DNA of 20,000 nucleotides, taken from the IMG/VR virus record IMGVR_UViG_3300028833_000147; one strand, written 5' to 3'. The notes beneath the pieces are model-generated. The model saw nothing but the letters and a program-made list of their open reading frames with translations, was not told where the DNA came from and made no database searches. Below, one piece after another: positions 9,301 through 16,783 of the stretch. The position numbers were made by a program, and so were the translations under genes. Every line of letters starts with the position of its first letter. Position 1 is the first letter of the stretch. Source of the stretch: an uncultured virus (IMG/VR IMGVR_UViG_3300028833_000147). Taxonomy: Duplodnaviria > Heunggongvirae > Uroviricota > Caudoviricetes.

Positions 9301-10597
9301 TGAGACCATAAAAATATGTGTACCAAGATATTCAACTAATGACGGTTGGAATGGAGTGAATTATAATGCTATTCATGATGGTCCACAACTAACGAACACT
9401 CGTTATCTGGTAAATTCTTCAAGTGCTATACCATCAATACATCGAGCAATGTTCCCAAATATACGCGGTAATAAATTATCATTCGTTTCTGCATCAAATG
9501 TTGTGGTTGAATATTCAACCAATAATGGATCTACATGGGTAAATATGAGTACTACTGTATCAGGAACCAATAATGCAATTTCAGATGCTATGAAAGCACA
9601 ACTGACAACAGGTAGATGGGATTGCAACATTCCTATTGGACCAAATAACACCTCTGTTGCGAGAACAACATCAATGCAGACACGTATAACACTCACTCTC
9701 ACCGACAGAGACTGTATGATCGATCAAATTTATATGCAACTAAATCCAGGATATCACTCGTTTCAGTACACAATTCAATATGCAACAACCACATCCCCAT
9801 CGGATTCTGATTGGATTGATTGGAAAAAAGATTTTGCCGTTTCTACATGGATGTACGAAGACACTGTTAATGGTAAACCCATACGTATAGGAAACACTGC
9901 TAAAAAATTGCGTTTTATTTTTAAACAAGCAACTGTTAATGCAGCATATAACAAGAATCTGTCAACGATCAAAGATATAGCAGCATACGGTGGTCAGGGT
10001 TCATGGACATCACCAAACGAGATGTTCAGATATGATCACATGTATTCATGGGACTATAACAAGAATGTTGATTTCCCTGCTGACGTGTCAGGAAATAGTT
10101 TAACATCACCCACTGTGAATGTTTCATCAGGAGCTTCATACAAAGCATCTATAAATGCATCGGGTTTGACACAGAATCGAACAATTACAATTGGTGACGT
10201 ATCTGGTAATGTTGGAATAGTTAAGGTGTTGCATGATAATTCCAGCTATGCAGCAGGTCAATCTGTTTCAATAACGACATCTGAAACATTCAAATATTTC
10301 ATTGTCACAATAAAGCCAAACAACACATTTGGTGAAAAAACAGAAATAATTCGTATAACAAACGATACAACTGTATCCACAAAATATATTTCATTCACTG
10401 GTGACATAGGCCCAGCTCCATCACAACCAACAATCACATTGGGAGGTTACATTACTCATCAATATAACACAACGAACAAAACATACACTATTGGAGCAGG
10501 TCATGCAGCAAACTATATTCTGTGCAACAATAATCTTTCGTCAGTCAATGCCGATAGTATTACTCTCGCTATAACAAAAATTGTTGGTCTTGCATAA
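6350..10597 (+). CDS. Long phage tail fibre / receptor-binding protein
   Basis: 1415 aa with RBS gagaggag. It contains a phage tail-fibre repeat (TASTSVYGITKLYNGVDSTSTGLAATANAVKTAYD, 7946-8050, Phage_fiber_2-like), YLPLSGGTLTG and YVPFSGGTM motifs, three HxH motifs, two knob-like repeats, YDAxGHIT shaft motifs and distal beta-rich domains. Confidence 0.9.
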   Translation: MAQLKDSIVSGNLRVTDTTLTDTLQTTTIWAPSTSGGTTYGPGTNGQVLKSNGTTTYWASDSNTDEKVKSTKLAQSTAAATYYPTLMTGAATAGVDIFESMKFLHTPGTTSAVGNSRLVLGNATASGTANNEEGLVRLYSPGTAYHTIKGASTSSNVDHTLPATSGTVLNTGTTSVTAVYGSTGTHIATVKVNGSDTKIYAPTPQTPTTYSAGTGLSLSGTTFNHSNSVTAGTAKGDDSKTLTFGGTFTIPSVTYDAQGHITAKGTTTMTMPSNPNTDTKVNVTLGKTTIAYLLGTTTTPTNTAQAVTSIADTGVYLGTTAGSLYATSFYENGTALSSKYAAASHSHDNLTSKTLTASTFDSTSGNFFFKGGSLFGGTDNADWVGIQSDASNDKFQLVAGGGNGVFFRESDDTWGQWHSLLTNNMITGSSGITVTPKTITIGGDDGTTINAGLGISHSNSVTAVTSNAFKKVAYDANGHITGSSDVAKSDITALGIPGQDTKYGLSGAYGSNSNTWVTTLTAGGSGTTSTVPTASTSVYGITKLYNGVDSTSTGLAATANAVKTAYDKGNHSHPYLPLSGGTLTGTVTLGSTTSSINAFKQPTRNESNYARFAIWSYGDTWGTYGAEIGYWNQYNGTTPGTKGSITILPYQTTSNPWDGQVGLHITKDHGYIDGNEILVHKDVTSSTLNSSSGSFSFSGSGDPWGSSDWVGLQIGDNVDKFQLTMNSGNLLVRQNDNGGTSSTGWTEWKTLSDTTHTHSEYVPFSGGTMDNNVSLSFPKADADGRYTSINTNGIDCHGSPSLGWAMGLRYYVGETSQNMDFGGYGSGGELKHLYIGTWDDPIVKITPDKVSEFSGNVILHSASGNSPSLTFQHGTTIDSLLDWRMMAVGSDLKLYSSTSGSTESWSNILTFGGGGITINKKIGGLWVTDYKGTSYPMMRDNGENLWIGTMSTTSYHHNGGTYISTGWDHYGSLPTTANETLHGNETIKICVPRYSTNDGWNGVNYNAIHDGPQLTNTRYLVNSSSAIPSIHRAMFPNIRGNKLSFVSASNVVVEYSTNNGSTWVNMSTTVSGTNNAISDAMKAQLTTGRWDCNIPIGPNNTSVARTTSMQTRITLTLTDRDCMIDQIYMQLNPGYHSFQYTIQYATTTSPSDSDWIDWKKDFAVSTWMYEDTVNGKPIRIGNTAKKLRFIFKQATVNAAYNKNLSTIKDIAAYGGQGSWTSPNEMFRYDHMYSWDYNKNVDFPADVSGNSLTSPTVNVSSGASYKASINASGLTQNRTITIGDVSGNVGIVKVLHDNSSYAAGQSVSITTSETFKYFIVTIKPNNTFGEKTEIIRITNDTTVSTKYISFTGDIGPAPSQPTITLGGYITHQYNTTNKTYTIGAGHAANYILCNNNLSSVNADSITLAITKIVGLA
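7403..7609 (+). repeat. Knob-like domain repeat, diverged copy 2
   Basis: KTLTASTFDSTSGNFFFKG...DWVGIQ...DKFQL...R...WGQWHSL aligns with copies 1 and 3. Confidence 0.8.
8387..8602 (+). repeat. Knob-like domain repeat, copy 3
   Basis: HKDVTSSTLNSSSGSFSFSG...[29 protein letters not shown]...WTEWKTL. Bases 8474-8498 are an exact 25-nt match to 2863-2887. Confidence 0.9.
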
Positions 10598-10600
10598 TAC

Positions 10601-10645
10601 AAAAAAAAAGAATTATCCGGGGCATTATGCCCCGGATATATTATA
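10601..10645. terminator. Intrinsic terminator between convergent gene blocks (strong for the - strand, probably bidirectional)
   Basis: 11-bp stem tatccggggca/tgccccggata (10614-10638). The A9 tract at 10601-10609 gives poly-U on the - strand, and the + side is AT-rich. It lies between stops at 10597 (+) and 10650 (-). Confidence 0.85.
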
Positions 10646-10649
10646 TTTA

Positions 10650-11105
10650 TTATTCTTTAACCACAGGAAGAATTCTTACATAAGCATATTTCAGAAAGGG
10701 TATATCTTCAGTTCTTATATTTATCTCGGTTCTAATGTCTGTTACACCCAGGTGCTCTTTCTTTCTGACTCCAGAAAGTGTTCTCGTACCACGATGAACA
10801 CATACCTCATTATCAGGATCAAAAGAACCATATACATTGGTACTGTGATCACGCCCAGTCTTAATACCGAAGCCTATACGCATTTCGATGTCATCAAAAT
10901 GGCCATATAAGAACTTTTCCAATATATCATAATTGAAAATTATTTCATCATGACCCTGACCATCCTTACGTATTGCAAACAAAGGATATCTACGTTCTCC
11001 CTTACTGTTTAAGAGGTTCATTCCATCCCAAATATAAAAATGTCTTATCTCCGGAAGTGTTACCTCTGAGCTTTCGGTTGTTGCGATTTTGTTTTCGTTT
11101 TCCAT
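10650..11105 (-). CDS. Hypothetical protein
   Basis: 151-aa ORF with RBS aaaggag; last gene of the - strand block. Confidence 0.75.
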   Translation of the reverse strand: MENENKIATTESSEVTLPEIRHFYIWDGMNLLNSKGERRYPLFAIRKDGQGHDEIIFNYDILEKFLYGHFDDIEMRIGFGIKTGRDHSTNVYGSFDPDNEVCVHRGTRTLSGVRKKEHLGVTDIRTEINIRTEDIPFLKYAYVRILPVVKE

Positions 11106-11119
11106 AATTCATTCTCCTT

Positions 11120-11413
11120 TTATTTTATTATATGCCAGAACTGGTCTCCTATGCAGAATCCCCCGTTCTTTTTATGCTCACGTCTGAGAGCTTTATAATG
11201 GGCATTGTATAGCTTGCGTATGTCTTTATATGTCCAAGTTTTTCTTGATGGGTCTCTAAACGGATCACTATCTTTTGTCAAATACTTTGGTAAGAAGTAT
11301 TTCTCTACCCATCCAACATATAGAGTGTAGTTAGGTCCAGATTTGTTACAGTCATATGTTATTTTCCTGAATTTAGTACCTTTGTAAGAATGACGATTAT
11401 GTCGTGGCCTCAT
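11120..11413 (-). CDS. Basic hypothetical protein
   Basis: 97 aa, Lys/Arg/aromatic-rich, with an ATGA overlap with the upstream gene. Confidence 0.7.
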   Translation of the reverse strand: MRPRHNRHSYKGTKFRKITYDCNKSGPNYTLYVGWVEKYFLPKYLTKDSDPFRDPSRKTWTYKDIRKLYNAHYKALRREHKKNGGFCIGDQFWHIIK

Positions 11414-12228
11414 TTGTTATCACCGCTCTTTGCATTCTTTCGTTTTTCTCTACATGGCCTACAACGTTTTGGAATCGATAATCCCTTTTGTTCAAAGAAC
11501 ATTTTCTCAGTCCATGGGAGTTCGAAATACTTACCACACTCTTTACATTTTATCAGTGTCTCATTGAATTCTTTTATTTTGTCACACATCATGTTGTAAT
11601 CAGGATCTGATTCCAATATAAAGAGTTTCTTTATACCGTCCTTTATTTCCTTTTCTGATAATGATTTACCATCGAATACGTCATGCAATGACCATATCGC
11701 GTCAAATAGGTCTTCATGAGTGGGATCGTTCATGAATACGAACTTTTCACCATTAACAACCGATGACAAAGCTTCTGCTAATGTGGGATTTGTATAGAAC
11801 TTGTCTTTTGGTGTGAAAAGTATTTCATATATGTCGAGTTTGTCATCCGTGATTTTTACAAACCTCGGATTGTTTAAGCAATACCTTTCAATATCCCATG
11901 CAATAGCATATTGTGTAATATCAGTTTCATTAAGAACTTCTTCTATCATAGAATTTATTGTGTCGAGTGTTTCCTTTTTTATTTTCAAATCGTAGAATGT
12001 TAATGGATGTTTGATGGTATCGAATACACGGGAATAATTTGATGTACCACCATGAATAGCATTAATTGCCTCACGGCGACGGCGATCGAGTCCTTGTGTT
12101 AGAGAATCTCTTATTGAATATAGAAACGTGAGTACATCTGACTCAGGTGACATATCTTCTTCGTTTGTTGCATACTCAAGAAGATTGATGAGTATGGTGT
12201 GATCATGGTTTTCGAACATTTTATTCAT
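11410..12228 (-). CDS. Protein with C-terminal zinc ribbon (zf-trcl/PF13451-like)
   Basis: C-terminal CKECGKYFELPWTEKMFFEQKGLSIPKRCRPCR matches the CxxCGxxF...E..FF..KG...PKRCxxCR pattern. RBS ggagg. Confidence 0.8.
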   Translation of the reverse strand: MNKMFENHDHTILINLLEYATNEEDMSPESDVLTFLYSIRDSLTQGLDRRRREAINAIHGGTSNYSRVFDTIKHPLTFYDLKIKKETLDTINSMIEEVLNETDITQYAIAWDIERYCLNNPRFVKITDDKLDIYEILFTPKDKFYTNPTLAEALSSVVNGEKFVFMNDPTHEDLFDAIWSLHDVFDGKSLSEKEIKDGIKKLFILESDPDYNMMCDKIKEFNETLIKCKECGKYFELPWTEKMFFEQKGLSIPKRCRPCREKRKNAKSGDNK

Positions 12229-12230
12229 TG

Positions 12231-12563
12231 TTAATCTACCTCCATTATGGGTGGTTCACATGAATTGCATGCAACTGGTGTTGTACCTGTACGATTCGGT
12301 TCGTTAAGATGTCTTGCGAAACGGAGATGTTTGAAACTGCGAATTTTGGCATATTTTATTCTATTTTTGTATATATAATTGATGAGTGACATGATGCGTG
12401 GGCGTGTGAGTTTTGGATTTTTGATCTGTTGATACAATAGACGCATGTTCATGTATCCGATGTGCGCTTTGTTGATAAACATAATTTCTTTACGCGTGTA
12501 GATATGGTCTCCTATACGCATGTCTCTGAGCTTCCGTCTCTTCTTTCTGATTCTTTTATTCAT
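12231..12563 (-). CDS. Basic hypothetical protein (N-terminus MNKRIRKK)
   Basis: Start revised from 12608 to ATG 12563, which lies 7 nt after aagagagg; 110 aa. Confidence 0.7.
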   Translation of the reverse strand: MNKRIRKKRRKLRDMRIGDHIYTRKEIMFINKAHIGYMNMRLLYQQIKNPKLTRPRIMSLINYIYKNRIKYAKIRSFKHLRFARHLNEPNRTGTTPVACNSCEPPIMEVD

Positions 12564-12614
12564 TATAAAACCTCTCTTGTTCAGTTTAATATGTCTGCCA
12601 TCAGACACACTTGA

Positions 12615-13001
12615 TCAATGGTTCATTTCAGCACCACAATTGGGACAGAATCTTGTTTTGTAAAAAGTCTTTCCAATAGGGTTGTGATATTCGTCAAACT
12701 CTATTGAGCAATTCTGTTCATCACACTCTGAACATACGATTTGAAATTCAAGACCTTTTACAGTTTCATCTTTATAGGGTGGCTTTTCAATCCACTGCCC
12801 ACGTTTAACAGGCTTTACACCTGATGCTTTAAGCTCTTTCAGTTCTGTTAGCAATTCTGCAATCTGTTTATATTCAGACGCAAGCCGAAAATGGGACGCA
12901 GCTTCATACTCAGGATAATCACCTATTATGGTATTATGTGCAGACTTATACTGTTCTTTCTCAATATTCAAACAAAATTCAATAGCTTGTTCAAGTGTCA
13001 T
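12615..13001 (-). CDS. Phage zinc-ribbon protein
   Basis: MTLEQAI...EYKQIAELLTELKELK helical N-terminus followed by PVKRGQW...CSEC...FCPNCGAEM, a pattern common in Firmicutes phages. Start 13001 fits aaggagg spacing better than 13007. Confidence 0.8.
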   Translation of the reverse strand: MTLEQAIEFCLNIEKEQYKSAHNTIIGDYPEYEAASHFRLASEYKQIAELLTELKELKASGVKPVKRGQWIEKPPYKDETVKGLEFQIVCSECDEQNCSIEFDEYHNPIGKTFYKTRFCPNCGAEMNH

Positions 13002-13596
13002 TATCATTACCCTCCTTTGTTGGTGGTGTCCACAAACCTAATATGCAGATTGAATCGGTTAGATGATTGATAAATGTTTCCGCATCATTTATCAATTCAT
13101 TGATATCTTCTCTGGATAATGTAACCATGTATTCGTTTCTTCTATTAAATCCGTCCCACCAGATAAGATCGTAATCTGCATGTGTTGGATCTATTGTTTT
13201 ATTAAATTCGAGGTATATATCATCCGGTGTATCGAACATTTTTGGCCATATTTTATCCCGATACTTCATCATTTGACCTTCTGTTATGAGTAGAGAATTA
13301 AACGTACGACTTTCGTTGTAGAAACAATCAACATGTTTCCCAGGACGTACACTACGTGGAATCATAACATCAACTTGATCGGATATCAGATACCAACGAG
13401 TAGTATCATCATCGTCATATCTGATCTGAATCACGATTCTTTCATCGGAATCTTTTGCTATGTCAGATATGGTTGCTTTTCGATAATCATTCTGTATATC
13501 ATAAACAGTGAGGAATATCCTAGGGTCAAATATGTTAATATCATGACTTTCATGTTTATTAAAACACATAATGACCTTTTCAAAAGTGGTACTCAT
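12991..13596 (-). CDS. Acidic hypothetical protein
   Basis: 201-aa ORF overlapping both neighbours; RBS aaggggg. Confidence 0.75.
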   Translation of the reverse strand: MSTTFEKVIMCFNKHESHDINIFDPRIFLTVYDIQNDYRKATISDIAKDSDERIVIQIRYDDDDTTRWYLISDQVDVMIPRSVRPGKHVDCFYNESRTFNSLLITEGQMMKYRDKIWPKMFDTPDDIYLEFNKTIDPTHADYDLIWWDGFNRRNEYMVTLSREDINELINDAETFINHLTDSICILGLWTPPTKEGNDNDT

Positions 13597-13901
13597 TCCT
13601 TTACCCCCTTTATCATATCACCGGTAAGCCGTACAAGTTTGTATCCATTTTCTACAAAATCATCGGGTGTTATGACTGTGCGAACTCCCGTTGTTTCAGC
13701 AAATTTTCCCCAGTATGTATATTCGATTTCTGTTGTGCGTATTCCTAAGATGACTATAGGAGTGATATCTTCACCCAAACCATCATCACTTTTTCTAATC
13801 AACAGATACGGGAGATTTATTTGGATATCTGCTGCTATATTGAATATACGTGAATATTCAATAACATCAATGGGAGTGCTGTCATTGTTTAATTTATCCA
13901 T
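13593..13901 (-). CDS. Hypothetical protein, small beta-barrel paralogue family
   Basis: 102 aa with RBS aggagg. INLPYLL...IVILGI...ITP...YKL aligns with the N-terminus of 17389-18648. Confidence 0.75.
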   Translation of the reverse strand: MDKLNNDSTPIDVIEYSRIFNIAADIQINLPYLLIRKSDDGLGEDITPIVILGIRTTEIEYTYWGKFAETTGVRTVITPDDFVENGYKLVRLTGDMIKGVKE

Positions 13902-13913
13902 TTTTATAACCTC

Positions 13914-14654
13914 CTAGTCGAATCTTATAAGTGAATTTACGAATTCAGGTTCCTTTGAGAATATTGGTGTCTCGAATAGATCCTTGAGATTGGGATCATT
14001 CTTAGGAAGTGCCAGATATCCACGTTTCTGATAATCTGGTAAATCATTCCAGTTGACACCCTGCTCAGTAAACAGTTTATTCTGTAACTCATTGGATTTT
14101 ATTCCATCAAGTTCTTTTTGGGAATAATACTGCTGAGCCAACAGATTGATCGAATTTCTTTCAGCATCCTGCTGACGATCAATGAGATAATTGTTCACTT
14201 CCTCAAAGGGAAGGTTAAAACAACGGGAATCGAAACCCACATTCATATATCTCATAGCGTCCCAATATCGAAGCGTTTCATAATACATACCGCCACATGA
14301 CGCGTTGTCAAATGCTCGATGAAATTCATCAGTTGCCATCTTTGCTGATACCGACACGAGTTTTTGTACGTTATACCCAAACCATGCGTCTGTATCAAGT
14401 TTCTTATAATCCTGAAGAACAAGCGATATCTCATCAGACTGGGTATAACCAAGAACACATCCCTGAATGTTGTTTACGAGATAACGAGTGGTTGTTTGCA
14501 TTGCAGCACCAAAAACTACATCAAATGGTTTGTCGAAGTCTTTTGTGAATGTGTGAAAAGCAACACCATCGAGTCTGATGATAACAGGTGTTCTTCTCAT
14601 GAGATACGTTTGTGATACAGCCTCATACTGCTTCATTCTTTCATGCAAGTTCAT
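13914..14654 (-). CDS. thg1: tRNA(His) guanylyltransferase Thg1-like protein (TLP, 3'-5' nucleotidyltransferase)
   Basis: Hallmark motifs RMKQYE, IIRLDGVAFHTFT, KPFD, YTQSDEISL, WFGYNVQKLVS, FDSR, RQQDAERNSI, GVNWNDLP and KRG are present, and both metal-binding Asp (RLDG, SDE) are intact. Start 14654 follows aagggggatg. Confidence 0.95.
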   Translation of the reverse strand: MNLHERMKQYEAVSQTYLMRRTPVIIRLDGVAFHTFTKDFDKPFDVVFGAAMQTTTRYLVNNIQGCVLGYTQSDEISLVLQDYKKLDTDAWFGYNVQKLVSVSAKMATDEFHRAFDNASCGGMYYETLRYWDAMRYMNVGFDSRCFNLPFEEVNNYLIDRQQDAERNSINLLAQQYYSQKELDGIKSNELQNKLFTEQGVNWNDLPDYQKRGYLALPKNDPNLKDLFETPIFSKEPEFVNSLIRFD

Positions 14655-14655
14655 T

Positions 14656-14922
14656 TTAAACATCCCCCTTATATGCTAAAACGATATTGCCACTTATACT
14701 CGTGAGTATAGCAATGAATACTATCAGTATCATATTATCTTTGAGAGTACTCATAGGGCTTTCGCTTAAAAATATTTTTAAGCATATACCAGCATCAGCA
14801 GCTATACCACAACATGCAATGATTCCGAGAAGTATAATTATCGCATTCTGTAATGCAATTAAGGATTTCTTTCTCCGAATAACATTGCGAACTGTGGTCT
14901 TCCTTTTTATTTTAACTTTCAT
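14656..14922 (-). CDS. Small membrane protein (basic N-terminus, two predicted TM helices)
   Basis: 88 aa with hydrophobic stretches AIIILLGIIACCGIAA and MILIVFIAILTSISGNIVLAY; RBS aaggag. Confidence 0.7.
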   Translation of the reverse strand: MKVKIKRKTTVRNVIRRKKSLIALQNAIIILLGIIACCGIAADAGICLKIFLSESPMSTLKDNMILIVFIAILTSISGNIVLAYKGDV

Positions 14923-15151
14923 CAGTTTCTCCTTCCTTTAATACAGAAACATCTTCTTTCTTGGTTAATCCTTCCCGAATGATTTCATATGAACCAACGA
15001 TTCCGAGAGGGATATAACATTCGATTTTGTATTTCATGATTGCATCCTCTTTATCAACTGCTTTTACCAATCGATAGTTTGAATAGATAGGACCAACGCT
15101 TGTATCTTGTTTGAATGCAACCAGAAAATTTTTCTTGCTTGGTTTATCCAT
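14912..15151 (-). CDS. Hypothetical protein
   Basis: Start revised to ATG 15151 (MDKPSKK), 6 nt after aaggagg; 79 aa. Confidence 0.7.
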   Translation of the reverse strand: MDKPSKKNFLVAFKQDTSVGPIYSNYRLVKAVDKEDAIMKYKIECYIPLGIVGSYEIIREGLTKKEDVSVLKEGETDES

Positions 15152-15662
15152 TTTCATCCTCCTTCTTATTTTCTGCATGTAACTGATTAATGTAGTCAAG
15201 AATCGACTCGTCATCGAACAGTTCCTCCCTAACTACGAATGGTCGTTCTTCTTTTTCTTCTTCTGTAGAATCATTTATATCTTTTTCAATCTGCTCATCG
15301 ATATATCTCTTCAAGTCAGATTCGGGTGAGTCTGGATGAACTCGTGCAAACTTGAAGAATTTGAGATCTTTATCAAGTTTATATCTTTTACATGCAAACT
15401 TTTCACAACCACCACAACCAATTGTGGTTGAAAAATATGCGTAAGGTTTGCCATCCCAGTCAACCATAACATCGGTACAATGTTTACATGTCACACATTC
15501 ACCAACTTTATACCACATAACCATATGACCAATACCAAACAAACCATAAACGCTGGTAACATATGGATGCATTAATCTTTTACGAGACATTTCTCTGATG
15601 ATTTTATCAAAATGATAACAACCACCCTTCTTACAGAACTTCTTTATCTTTCTTTTATTCAT
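15144..15662 (-). CDS. Cys-rich hypothetical protein (N-terminus MNKRKIKK, acidic C-terminus)
   Basis: 172 aa with CVTCKHC...CGGC....C; RBS gaaagga. Confidence 0.75.
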   Translation of the reverse strand: MNKRKIKKFCKKGGCYHFDKIIREMSRKRLMHPYVTSVYGLFGIGHMVMWYKVGECVTCKHCTDVMVDWDGKPYAYFSTTIGCGGCEKFACKRYKLDKDLKFFKFARVHPDSPESDLKRYIDEQIEKDINDSTEEEKEERPFVVREELFDDESILDYINQLHAENKKEDENG

Positions 15663-15713
15663 TTTTATTTTCCTTTCATATAATTTGATCTGAGATCATC
15701 ACTTCAACTTTCA

Positions 15714-16190
15714 TCATATTAATGTCACACTAAAGGAATAATCATATGGATGTGATGGTGGAGGATTCCACATCTTAACAGTTTCATCACACCCATCACA
15801 TTTATTATCGGGATAATGTATTCCGTCATATATTCGATCCTGATACAATTGACATATATCAAGCACACGGAACACTGTGAGGTGATTCCCGTTTTCATCG
15901 GAATATATTATTGGATGGATTACCGGATTTCTGAATACTGTGAAAATCTCCTCATATGAACTTGGAATATCAACATGAGCAATGTATCCAAGTTCATCAT
16001 TAACCTCATATCCAGTAATGAGTACGCAAGGATCTGATGGGAGAACTCTTAATTCGCCTTTGCCACCGAACATTGGTGCTACAATACTACTGAGGAAAAT
16101 GAATGTTAAATGATCTCCTAAGAGTTCTTTCACCTGTTCGGGAGTGGTCCTAACAGAGAACTTTATCGGAATATCAACTTCTTTGCTCAT
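15714..16190 (-). CDS. Hypothetical protein
   Basis: 158-aa ORF with RBS aggag; overlaps the upstream gene. Confidence 0.75.
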   Translation of the reverse strand: MSKEVDIPIKFSVRTTPEQVKELLGDHLTFIFLSSIVAPMFGGKGELRVLPSDPCVLITGYEVNDELGYIAHVDIPSSYEEIFTVFRNPVIHPIIYSDENGNHLTVFRVLDICQLYQDRIYDGIHYPDNKCDGCDETVKMWNPPPSHPYDYSFSVTLI

Positions 16191-16473
16191 TTTCTACAAC
16201 TCCTAACTTGAGAATTGATATGTCACCATTCATGTATTCGTTGATATCAATATTTAGATGACCATATCCATCATCACCATATATGGTAACACGATCTCCG
16301 CCTTCTGTAACAAGGAACGATAAGAATGTTAGATCAACATATGTCAATATACCAATATATGTCACTCTCTCCAGACCGATAGTCGGTAATGTTATCTGAT
16401 AGGCTTGATGCCTTTCAAAAGAGTCAATGTCAAACTCATAAGATATTTTTTCTTTAACATGCTTCTTATCCAT
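16174..16473 (-). CDS. Hypothetical protein, small beta-barrel paralogue family
   Basis: Start revised to 16473 (MDKKHVK) after aaaggag; 99 aa. DIDSF...AY.I...GIL..V....LSF matches the adjacent gene. Confidence 0.75.
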   Translation of the reverse strand: MDKKHVKEKISYEFDIDSFERHQAYQITLPTIGLERVTYIGILTYVDLTFLSFLVTEGGDRVTIYGDDGYGHLNIDINEYMNGDISILKLGVVENEQRS

Positions 16474-16475
16474 TA

Positions 16476-16775
16476 TCAATACTCCTTTCTTGGAAAGTAA
16501 CGATCCTTTATCCATGGATCATTATCAGAATCTTCAGGGATGAGTAATGTGATTTTATAATCTTTTTTAGGATCCATTAACTCATCCCGGGTAATATTTT
16601 CTGTACCACTCCTAGTTTTGAATGATAACATATCTTCACTTACAGCTATTAGTATTCCTGTGAACCAACATCCACAATGATCTGCACACTGTATAAAATA
16701 TGCACAACCCTTATGGAATTTATCTATGTCAATCGTATTGACTGTTTTTGTTGTTATAAATTTATTTGCCTTCAT
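16476..16775 (-). CDS. Hypothetical protein, small beta-barrel paralogue family
   Basis: 99 aa with RBS gagaggt. DIDKF...AY.I...GIL..V....LSF. Confidence 0.75.
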   Translation of the reverse strand: MKANKFITTKTVNTIDIDKFHKGCAYFIQCADHCGCWFTGILIAVSEDMLSFKTRSGTENITRDELMDPKKDYKITLLIPEDSDNDPWIKDRYFPRKEY

Positions 16776-16783
16776 TATCTTTA

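Noticed and set aside
452..9972. Alternative-frame and antisense ORFs inside the fibre genes (e.g. 452-1009 +, 1002-1385 -, 9403-9702 -)
   Set aside because: They are shadows of Thr/Ser/Gly codon bias (Leu/Gln-rich or Val/Pro-rich translations) and are fully nested in better-supported genes.
1672..10597. Invertase/shufflon-type tail-fibre switching
   Set aside because: The repeats are in direct orientation. There are no inverted partial fibre cassettes, no inverted crossover sites and no recombinase in the window.
12589..12610. Internal terminator (tgtctg-ccat-cagaca hairpin)
   Set aside because: It has a 6-bp core stem and no U-tract on the coding strand. It may be an RNA stability element but cannot be called.
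13333..13917. 194-aa + strand ORF, and the other + strand ORFs between 10581 and 19871
   Set aside because: They are antisense to a coupled, RBS-supported - strand operon and have Ile/Ser/Phe-rich shadow composition. ORF 10581-10910 also runs through the terminator.
14656..14922. Holin
   Set aside because: The size and TM count fit, but there is no adjacent endolysin or recognisable holin family motif, and it lies in the accessory block.
15663..15713. Sigma-70-type promoter in the intergenic gap (ttgaag...tatatg on the - strand)
   Set aside because: The spacing is 19 nt and the -10 match is poor in AT-rich sequence.
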